A stretch of 64,000 nt of DNA, taken from Macrostomum lignano (lineage: Eukaryota). Both the position numbers and the translations under genes were made by a program. Of the stretch, positions 35,401 to 45,938 are shown piece after piece (positions within the stretch are counted from its first letter, which is position 1; each line of letters begins with the position of its first letter). Below the pieces are notes generated by a model. It was given only the letters and a program-made list of their open reading frames with translations, ran no database searches and was not told the origin of the DNA. The stretch is from assembly GCA_002269645.1 (NCBI GenBank), contig NIVC01001898.1, positions 1 to 64,000 on the forward strand, read 5' to 3'.

Positions 35401-38400
35401 ATTGTATCGTGTTTTAGTGACCGATACAGGCCATTGTTCTTGCTTGTCTTTTACCTGATCGTCTCGACTTCAGGCCCCGTTTCTTTACCGGGCCTTTGCC
35501 AAAAAAACGTTCGTTACCTGGCACATCAGAACAACCAAGCCCCCGATTCTTTACCTGGTCATCACACTACAGACAGGTCCTGCATTCTTTACCTGGTCAT
35601 CACACTACAGACAGGTCCTACATTCTTTACCTGGTCATCACACTACAGACAGGTCCTGTTCATTCTTTACCTGGTCATCACACTACAGACAGGTCCTGTG
35701 CATTCTTTACCTGGTCATCACACTACAGACAGGTCCTGTGCATTCTTTACCTGGTCATCACACTACAGACAGGTCCTGTGCATTCTTTACCTGGTCATCA
35801 CACTACAGACAGGTCCTGTTCATTCTTTACCTGGTCATCACACTACGGACAGGTCCTGTGCATTCTTTACCTGGTCATCACACTACGGACAGGTCCTGTG
35901 CATTCTTTACCTGGTCATCACACTACAGACAGGTCCTGTGCATTCTTTACCTGGTCATCACACTACAGACAGGTCCTGTGCATTCTTTACCTGGTCATCA
36001 CACTACAGACAGGTCCTGTTCATTCTTTACCTGGTCATCACACTACGGACAGGTCCTGTGCATTCTTTACCTGGTCATCACACTACGGACAGGTCCTGTT
36101 CATTCTTTACCTGGTCATCACACTACAGACAGGTCCTGTGCATTCTTTACCTGGTCATCACACTACAGACAGGTCCTGCATTCTTTACCTGGTCATCACA
36201 CTACAGACAGGTCCTGTGCATTCTTTACCTGGTCATCACACTACAGACAGGTCCTGTGCATTCTTTACCTGGTCATCACACTACAGACAGGTCCTGTGCA
36301 TTCTTTACCTGGTCATCACACTACAGACAGGTCCTGTGCATTCTTTACCTGGTCATCACACTACAGACAGGTCCTGTTCATTCTTTACCTGGTCATCACA
36401 CTACGGACAGGTCCTGTGCATTCTTTACCTGGTCATCACACTACGGACAGGTCCTGTGCATTCTTTACCTGGTCATCACACTACAGACAGGTCCTGTGCA
36501 TTCTTTACCTGGTCATCACACTACAGACAGGTCCTGTGCATTCTTTACCTGGTCATCACACTACAGACAGGTCCTGTGCATTCTTTACCTGGTCATCACA
36601 CTACAGACAGGTCCTGTGCATTCTTTACGTGGTCATCAAACTGGAAGCACAGCCAAGTCCTTATTAACCACCGAGTCTTCAGCCAGTAATTCGCATACTG
36701 TTGAATACAGTTCCCAGGAGCATACTGCCTGTATGTCAGCTGGATTAAAGCTTGTTTTTTCAATTATAAAACAGGTGCACAAATCGAATCAGTTATTTTT
36801 GAAAGCTGGACTGAAAATATCCAGGGTAGCAATGCGACGCCAATCTTTCCTTGCAAACATGCAAATTTCTGATTTGCAGATTAGTCTGTTTCAGTGAAAA
36901 TGTCGGCCCAGGTAAATAATGTACTTTTCCAGAGCCAATTGGACTACAGAGTCCGGTGGGACCTACAGGCTAGTCAAAGAAAAATTCAACGAGAAAGCCT
37001 TTGGATTGCTGTAAAGTGCAGCGGAGTTGAAATTTTAGGAAATTACCGAACATCTCTGATCCTAGATGCACTTTTAAAGGCCTACCAAAAAACGCTAGCC
37101 ATTTAAGCTCGCCTACTAACTACAGTGTACCTAAAGCAGTGCAAAATCAATGGTTTAATAGGCTTCGAGCTAAATACTTTTATCCTACTGGTTTATTTGA
37201 GCACAACAGATTCTTTTTCGAATCCCAGGTGCTTGAGCAGTGTCACTTCCACCTGGATCCCAGGTGCTTGAACAGTGTCACTTCCACCTGGATCCCAGGT
37301 GCTTGAACAGTGTCACTTCCTCCTGGATCCCAGGTGCTTGAACAGTGTCGCTTCCCCCTGGATCCCAGGTGCTTGAACAGTGTCACTTCCACCTGGATCC
37401 CAGGTGCTTGAACAGTGTCGCTTCCACCTGGATCCCAGGTGCTTGAACAGTGTCGCTTCCACCTGGATCCCAGGTGCTTGAAAAGTGTCGCTTCCACCTG
37501 GATCTCAGGTGCTTGAACAGTGTCACTTCCACCTGGATCCCAGGTGCTTGAACAGTGTCACTTCCTCCTGGATCCCAGGTGCTTGAGCAGTGTCACTTCC
37601 ACCTGGATCCCAGGTGCTTGAGCAGTGTCACTTCCACCTGGATCCCAGGTGCTTGAACAGTGTCACTTCCACCTGGATCCCAGGTGCTTGAACAGTGTCA
37701 CTTCCTCCTGGATCCCAGGTGCTTGAACAGTGTCACTTCCTCCTGGATCCCAGGTGCTTGAACAGTGTCACTTCCTCCTGGATCCCAGGTGCTTGAACAG
37801 TGTCACTTCCTCCTGGATCCCAGGTGCTTGAACAGTGTCACTTCCTCCTGGATCCCAGGTGCTTGAACAGTGTCACTTCCCCTGGATCCCAGGTGCTTGA
37901 ACAGTGTCACTTCCTCCTGGATCCCAGGTGCTTGAACAGTGTCACTTCCTCCTGGATCCCAGGTGCTTGAACAGTGTCACTTCCTCCTGGATCCCAGGTG
38001 CTTGAACAGTGTCACTTCCACCTGGATCCCAGGTGCTGAACAGTGTCACTTCCCCCCGGATCCCAGGTGCTTGAGCAGTGTCGCTTACCCCAAACCCCAG
38101 GTGCTTGAACAGTGTCGCTTCCCCCAAACCCCAGGTGCTTGAACAGTGTCGCTTCCCCCAAACCCCAGGTGCTGAACAGTGTCGCTTCCCCCAAACCCCA
38201 GGTGCTTGAACAGTGTCGCTTCCCCCAAACCCCAGGTGCTTAAACAGTGTCGCTTCCCCCAAACCCCAGGTGCTTGAACAGTGTCGCTTCCCCCAAACCC
38301 CAGGTGCTTAAACAGTGTCGCTTCCCCCAAACCCCAGGTGCTGAACAGTGTCGCTTCCCCCAAACCCCAGGTGCTTGAACAGTGTCGCTTCCCCCAAACC

Positions 38401-38984
38401 CCAGGTGCTTAAACAGTGTCGCTTCCCCCAAACCCCAGGTGCTTGAACAGTGTCGCTTCCCCCAAACCCCAGGTGCTTAAACAGTGTCGCTTCCCCCAAA
38501 CCCCAGGTGCTTGAACAGTGTCGCTTCCCCCAAACCCCAGGTGCTTGAACAGTGTCGCTTCCCCCAAACCCCAGGTGCTTGAACAGTGTCGCTTCCCCCA
38601 AACCCCAGGTGCTTGAACAGTGTCGCTTCCCCCAAACCCCAGGTGCTTGAACAGTGTCGCTTCCCCCAAACCCCAGGTGCTTGAACAGTGTCGCATCCAA
38701 GCCTCACTGGGTTTATATTATCACAAAAATATTTTTCTAGCAACAATGAAAAAAAATTATTTAATTGTCAGGCAGCAGTTCTCACTCAAACTGTCAGAGG
38801 TAACGCTGTAAGCAGTGTCGGGTATGTCTGGCTAAATGCATCGCAATGATATGTACTTGCCATTTGGTGCACCATCGGCTGGGGCTGAGTAGGTCCATAA
38901 AAACACAAGAGTGTACACCAGCGCCGCAGAAGCAGTGTACATGGATGCAAAAAATCTGTTTTTCACGGGGTTGTTCTTTGCCAT
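32489..38984 (-). CDS. secreted trypsin-like (S1A) serine protease with N-terminal six-Cys domain. complement(join(32489..32671,33544..33668,33741..33991,34992..35385,38861..38984)), 358 aa
   Basis: Catalytic triad motifs VLSAGHC, SNDVALLKL and RDACTGDSGGP; also VIGG, DWPW, ICLP and PGVY. Asp at the S1 position. Exons 2-5 join in phase with GT-AG introns. Exon 1 (MAKNN...ALVYTLVFLWTYSAPADG, hydrophobic signal-like) joins in phase only through a GC donor (AATG|GCAAGT), so exon 1 is less certain (about 0.6). Confidence 0.92.
32720..33470. repeat. 24-bp minisatellite (gttggtgaatcgggttatagtgct) filling protease intron 4
   Basis: About 31 copies. Confidence 0.97.
34255..34890. repeat. imperfect GT-rich minisatellite (gtgttgattgttcgt...) in protease intron 2
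   Basis: Recurring gtgttgatt core. Confidence 0.9.
35545..36630. repeat. 40-bp minisatellite (cattctttacctggtcatcacactacagacaggtcctgtg) in protease intron 1
   Basis: About 27 copies. Confidence 0.97.
37220..38695. repeat. 35-bp minisatellite (cttgaacagtgtcacttccacctggatcccaggtg) switching to a 34-bp variant (...cttcccccaaaccccaggtg)
   Basis: Switch at about 38085. The 35-mer holds a 7-bp inverted repeat CACCTGG-ATC-CCAGGTG. Confidence 0.97.
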
Positions 38985-39539
38985 GCTGCTGAACAGAAGT
39001 TCGTAAACAAGTCTCACATTCCAAGCCAGGCAGTTTTTGTATATTTTTTAGATTAAAATCTTTCAAACTGCATGCTGTGTGTTCCATGACATACGTAGGT
39101 AACTGCGCGTGGCTTTCAATATCTGTGAAAATTTAAACACGAATTGAAAACAGTAGAAAATTTGATATATCAATGATAAGAAAGCGTTTAACCTGGCGTA
39201 CACAGATTTATTCATGGAGCTGCGTGTTGTACATTTTGATTGCTCATGAATGTGCAATTCATTTTGAAAACTTTATCGTGAGAACGCGGTAAAAAAGGCT
39301 TAATAACTCGAGATAAAGCAAAACTGGTTAATTTTCTAGTACAGCAGTATTGCAAAGACAATGAAGCACGAAGATTTGATGAAGGTAAGCTCGTGTAAAA
39401 GTACACGATTAACAAATAAAATAGCAGAAAAACAGTGCATGCACAATAAATCAAAAGTGCAACGGTTGAAGAGAACGAGAATGAGAAAAAAGTACACGTA
39501 GAGGAAGAAGAGTGCATGCTTATATTTTAGAGAAAAGTA

Positions 39540-39785
39540 CACAATAAAAACACGGTGTAAAAGTACAAGGAAAAGACAGGGTAAAAGTACAAGATAAAGA
39601 CACGGTAAAAGTACAAGATAAAGACAGGGTAAAAGTACAAGATAAAGACACGGTAAAAGTACAAGATAAAGACAGGGTAAAAGTACAAGATAAAGACACG
39701 GTAAAAGTACAGGATAAAGACATGGTAAAAGTACAAGATAAAGACAGGGTAAAAGTACAAGATAAAGACACGGTAAAAGTACACA
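39540..39785. repeat. 24-bp minisatellite (ggtaaaagtacaagataaagacac)
   Basis: About 10 copies. Confidence 0.92.
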
Positions 39786-40644
39786 AATTTCGTCGAGAAA
39801 ATTACCCAAAACTATTTTCTGTTAAAAGTACACAATTAAGAAGCGGTAATTTACGTAAAAGTACACGATGGATCAGGCTTCATGGTTCTCAGTTTAGTCA
39901 GTTCGATTTTTTCAACGTCAAAAAAGCAGATAGATAGTTCTAGAAACCCCTGTTCAAAAACAAGTTGCTAAATCACGTGTCCTGTTTCTACGAGCTAGTC
40001 CCTGTTCTCCCAGCATAGGAGCATATCATTGTAATCATTGCGATAAACATGTTTTTCCCGATACAAATTAAGCACTGTCTGCACGCAAAACGCGATCCCA
40101 CAGGAGAATTGAATGAAAGCAGAGGCAAGAGAAGCACCGGACTCCTGCGCTGAGTGCTGGCTCCGAGCACGCATCACATGCGCTTATTTACACAAGGCCT
40201 CTCTCTAATATTAGAATATTTGCATGGGAAACAAGCTTTCTGTTTCTGGGAAAAATTACTCGAATAGTGCCTGTTAGACACAAGCGGACATATATAAAGC
40301 ATAGGTTTTTGTACTTTGATTAATTTCCAAAGAAAACAGTATTTCTGACACTGAAACTATTTTTAGACTCAATCCAACTACTCAGTGAGTGAGTATCAGC
40401 GAAATGCAAAATTTGTGAGTGAACTCAGAAAAAATGTACCAGTGAAGTCTGCTGTGGTGTCACTTCTATCTATCTCGATGAATGACAAAAGGCCAAAAAG
40501 GGCAAAAGGTTTTCAAAATTAGTATCAAATTCGCAAATGATTTTCTTGATCCTATTAGGAATATTAACTGTATTACAAGTTACAACTTTACATCATGTCA
40601 TGTGGTAGTTGGGACTATTGTGCACGGACTTTGGCCTGGGGCTT

Positions 40645-41135
40645 GTTCCGGGCGCCAAAAGCAAGGTTCTTCCGGGCGCCAAAAGTAAGGTTGTTCCGGG
40701 CGCCAAAAGCAAGGTTGTTCCGGGCGCCAAAAGTAAGGTTGTTCCGGGCGCCAAAAGCAAGGTTGTTCCGGGCGCCAAAAGTACGGTTGTTCTGGGCGCA
40801 AAAGTACGGTTGTTACGGGCGCAAAAGTACGGTTGTTCCGGGCGCCAAAAGTAAGGTTGTTCCGGGCGCCAAAAGCAAGGTTGTTCCGGGCGCCAAAAGT
40901 ACGGTTGTTCTGGGCGCAAAAGTACGGTTGTTACGGGCGCAAAAGTACGGTTGTTCCGGGCGCCAAAAGTAAGGTTGTTCCGGGCGCCAAAAGCAAGGTT
41001 GTTCCGGGCGCCAAAAGTAAGGTTGTTCCGGGCGCCAAAAGCAAGGTTGTTCCGGGCGCCAAAAGTAAGGTTGTTCCGGGCGCCAAAAGCAAGGTTGTTT
41101 CGGGCGCCAAAAGTAAGGTTGTTTCGGGCGCCAAG
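40645..41135. repeat. 24-bp minisatellite (ccgggcgccaaaagcaaggttgtt) with an internal block duplication
   Basis: About 20 copies. Confidence 0.93.
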
Positions 41136-43449
41136 AAGCAAAGCTCGCTGGCATTTTGGGGCCTCGGCAAGAGAGAAGCACCGACTTTCTCTCCGAAAAT
41201 CGTGTACTTTTCCCTACAAATATTTTCGTGCACTTTACTCGCCGATAAGCATGTACTTGTATTATAATTTTTATCACGCACTTTTTTCCCTTACTAAGAT
41301 TTGGCAGACAGACAGCTGAGCAAGTAATGTGTTAACGCGGAATTAGAAATTAACAAATAATATTTTTTTCTTTAAAATTAATCGACATCAACAACAGCGT
41401 AAACAACGAGAAGCCTACATATGTATATATTCTAGTAAAGAAGTTCGTACACTGGTTCAAAAAGTACATTGGGTGCGAATTGCAAAAACAGCGGCAATTT
41501 TTAGACTAAAAATAGGGGCTGTCAGAGAGAGTGGCGAGTGTGTTTACTATTTGGTGGACGTAGGGCCCTCTGCCCCCCCCCCCTTGGGAGAGCGCACAGT
41601 CGGTTTCTGACCTCAGGCAAGGCGGGTCAACCTCCATGTCGGCCTCCCGCCGTAAACAGGAGGGATTTGAGGGGGGGGGGGGAGCGGGGTAGATAGAGCC
41701 AAAAACCATCTCCTTGCCGGCACCTGAGAACACTTTAGAGCAGGGATTAAGTTTAGTAGTACCAAGTACTGCACAGTGTACAATACAGAGTATAACACAT
41801 GGCTATGCATACGCATATGAGAATGAATAACCAAAGATCCTGAATTTATTTCATCGTGATTTTCATAGGCTGGACAGATTTTGCTATGCTTTTTGTTGAT
41901 TGTCAATTTGTCAGTTAATTACTAAATTTTAAAATAGAATTCCTCCCCAACACGATATTACAGTGAATATACCGTGCAATGGAATGCAATTGTCTCATAG
42001 AAACTATTTTTAGACTCCATCTAGCCAAATCAGCGAGTGAGTGTCAGCAAAGCAAACATGTGTCAGGGAAAGCTGACATTTCTATCTGTATGATACTGTA
42101 TCAGTGGATGTATAAAAGTATAGCAAAACAATTTCTTGAAGAATACACTATTTTGTCATTTTTAGCTGACTGTGTAACAATATGTGTAACAGATATGATA
42201 AAATATAGATTCATCAAACCAATGAGTCGAGCTTTTCCATGCATATTTATGATTTTTAGGTACAGGAAATGTACGTACATGTAGAATAAAAAATTAACAA
42301 ATAATCCTAATTTTCTGAACGAAAAGCTTTATGAATATCAATAGAGCTATAAAGAATGGCACAACATATCAAAAGGTGAACATATTTCATGATATTCGAT
42401 CTGCCTCCTGTCGAAGGCAATTAACAATTTTTGTGCTGAAAAAACGAAAACTCATCTCCGTAGTGTATTTTTCGGCGAAAAGTGGCCTGGCTTTCAAAAC
42501 TTTTTTCCATGAAACGTGAGTGTCGCGTCCCGTATATTCGTTGCTTTAGTTGTCCTTGAATAGCAATTGGCTATATTAAAACTTGACCTCATGTATAGAG
42601 GCGTTATTTTATTACATGAACTGTTATGTATAAAACTTCTTTTAATATTTAAAAAGAGAAAAACCAGAATGATTCATATCCTGGAGGACGCGGTTAAGGT
42701 TATCAGTGTGGACATTTAATGTCACACTAATTGGCCCACCAAGTATATTCGATTTTCCAGACTGCGGTAACAGTTACATTTTTCAGGAAATGTACATGTT
42801 TGAACGAGCCAAGGCAGACTGTACCCTACGAGAGTGCTATACTGCCTACTGAGAATTGAGATTTGAGAAACCTTGATATTGATAAGCGTGCATGTACATT
42901 GTGCCATGCAGACCAGAGAGCCTTGCGAAGGGAAGGTTAATTTCCTTATAGGAACGATTTTGCGGTTAGCTATAACCTCTATAAGTTCATCTGCACCGTT
43001 TATTTATGCGTCAATTACGAGCGTAAAAATTTATATTATTTCACATAATTATGCTTATTTAGTTCAACTGCATCTGCATGGGCTTCGCACAAATGATTAA
43101 CACTGAACAGTAAATAAGGGCGGGGTAAAAATGCACCAAACGTAATAGTGCATTGCCTGCCTACCCACCCGGCCAGCGGAACCAATCTGCCCTGCTGTTG
43201 CGTGCTAGAGCTAGATGGATGCGAAGCCAAATTGCTTTTTTCGATGCTGAAAATGCAATTAATTGCCTGCCCTCCTTTGCCTTCTCTTGCCGCCAGTTCA
43301 GCAGCAGATCAAGGTGAGTCGTGTTTGATAATAATTACGAGGGCAGTATGTCCTCTCTTCCTCTCCTTGCTGCGGTACATTTGATAGTGAGAGAGGTTGG
43401 CCCGCACGCAGCAGCAGTGTTTAGAGCATAGACTTGTCCAATAGGATGA

Positions 43450-43620
43450 GCGGGCCCAGCCAATCCAGTTCTGGCCCGGGTTGGGTGAGAGGTGGTTGGG
43501 GTGGGGGGTTTCCGATGCTAGAGGGCAGAGCTTTTATTAAAAGTCCGCCCGGCTCTTCGTTAGTTCCAGTGCATCGGACAACCCTACTCCCTGCTATAAA
43601 GCGAATTTCCTTTTCTCCGG
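43450..43620 (+). promoter_or_regulatory. putative promoter of the nuclear receptor gene
   Basis: Local GC-rich island with CCAAT (about 43461), GC-box-like CCGCCC (about 43545) and TATAAA (about 43595), roughly 400 bp upstream of the predicted ATG. Motif-only evidence. Confidence 0.35.
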
Positions 43621-43979
43621 CGCAGCCCGCCACTGGACCACTCCGGTTCTCTGCCCTTATTTCTCTCGCTGCCTGCCCCCGAGAAGGCACAAAAATAGCC
43701 TGCCTGCCACAGTCCGGAGCAGAGGAAAATTGTTTTTAGCCCCAGCGCGACTCAGCCCAACCTCCAACCCTCCCTCCGCCGCGTTTAGCATTTGGTCGCC
43801 ATACAAAAACACACGGTTTACTTACTCATCGGCTTTGCACCCAATTCTTATTTTGTCCTCGGTTTGCTGCTTCGGTACGGTTGCAAGCTATAGACTGTTT
43901 CCTGTTTGTGGCCTTTGCTAACATTGTTTCAAAAAAACCCTACTGAATCTTTGAGATTGAGAATCATCTAGCCAACGAC

Positions 43980-45331
43980 ATGATGGTTTACGGACATCAG
44001 TCTGGTGCAACTGATGGAGCTTATTTTGGTCAAAAGTGAGTTCAAATCGTGTTATTTATTATTGCAGTAGGTCTTTCATTTTTTTAATTAAACATATTTC
44101 CGATTTCGGGTTCTGACGTTGGAAATTTAAAATTCTATCACAGGGAAAGGGGTTCTAGTTCTACCTAGCCTAGAAGGTACAGTGTTCGATTTTTAGTTAT
44201 CTTTGGCAATTGGCATCTGTTTTAGCCTTTTAGCATGGCATTCCCTCTTAGCAGTCGAACACAGAAGAATGTTTCTGTTAAAGGCTCATGGGGGTCAACA
44301 CCCAATTACGTAATAAGTCAAATCAAACTAAGTAGACACTGGTGACGATTTTTTAATTTCTTCCGTGCCATTTTGGAAACGGAAAATAGTATAGCCGTTA
44401 AGGCGTATAGCGAAGCGACACAAAATAGAAAAATTCCCGCTAAATTCCTAGAAAACTTTACTTGTAGTAGAACAAAAAATAACGTTGTAAAAAGTAGGTA
44501 CGGCCTGTGTAAATATATTGTTTTCGCAAAAAATTAGAAATGTACTTATGATTTCCTCTGACTAAATAAGATTTACAACCAGCTTTTAAACGCCACCACA
44601 TGCACGGGGGTTTAGCGGCCCAGACTATAGTGGGCGTCAGACGCTTGTTTTTATTGGGGGGTCGAGGCGGCGGGCCATTAGACAAATGGTCAGCTTTTCT
44701 TACCCATACATAAATTATATTATATTACACCCCTCCTTAAAACACAGCCCCAGACAGCCCCGAAAAATAGGGAGCAAGTGTACTTTTAAAATGCTTGCAC
44801 TTTTACAGGCGGGGGTTATTTTCAAGTTAAATCATGTCTTTTTATTGGCCTCTAGTAGGGATTGCAAAATCCCGGTCTTCTGTCAATCCCGGGATTGTCA
44901 GGATCGGGATATCTCGGCCATGGATAATCCCGGGATTATCAGTCCCGGTAAATCCGACAAATTTTAATCCAGGGATTCAAATCCCGGAATTTGGCCCCTA
45001 ATCCCGCGATCCCAGGATCCCGGGATTGCAAACCCTAGCCTCTAGGCTCCTCCGCGAAAACCCATGCAATAAATACAGTGACGTACAATCTGCACTCTGC
45101 ACTGTAGTCTCTGTACTGTACCTTGATCTCAAATATGATCTCAAATATTGATCTGAAATTTAAAAATGAACGTGTGCACGCTCACCCCTTAACAGGCCGC
45201 TGGTCCACGATCCGCGCGGCTACCTCGCCTCGGCTCGACGCTTGCCAGATGAAGGGCCTATGTCGCAGCCTCCGCCGCTGTTGCAGCAGCAGCCGCAACT
45301 GCCTCAGCTGATGCCAACTCCGCAGCTGCTT

Positions 45332-45381
<50 letters not shown>

Positions 45382-45898
45382 GCAACAGCTGCTTCCACCG
45401 CCATTGCTGAAGTTTCAAGGCGTCTGCGATGATCCCAGTTGCAGCAACAGCTGCGATGGCAACGAGTGCGGCGAGGACTGCGAAATGACGTCAGACGACA
45501 CCAGCTGCTGCGGTGTCGGGTGCAGCGCCGCCGGCGCCGACAGCGGGAACTCCGAAGGCAGCAACGACGTCGGCCGTGGCGGCGACAGCGGATTTCTGTA
45601 CAGCCTGCTGACAGCACAGGACGCCACCGCCGTGCAGCAGTGCAGCGCCTTCCTCGGCGGCACAGCGGACCAGTTCCCGCGCCGCTCCCAGTCGGTCTCC
45701 GCGCCGGCCAGACGCGGCAGCGCCGTGCTGCCCTCCGCCACTCTGCAGCCGTTCGCTACCGCCCTGGGCTGCCAGCCGCCTAGCAGCACGGCGGCACCCT
45801 GCCGGCCGCTGTCGGCTCCGCGCGGCCTTCGGGGCCCGTTCGGCGGCGGCTCCGCGCCAGCGCTCACTGGCGCCGAGGAGCCTCTCGACCTCAGCGGC

Positions 45899-45938
<40 letters not shown>

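Noticed and set aside
35314-36897. Three long plus-strand ORFs (309-527 aa)
   Set aside because: Produced by the 40-bp array inside intron 1 of the minus-strand protease.
45410-45530. Cys-rich tract as a degenerate C4 zinc-finger DBD
   Set aside because: Spacing does not fit CxxC-x13-CxxC, and no P-box (CxxCKxFFxR) or basic residues are present.
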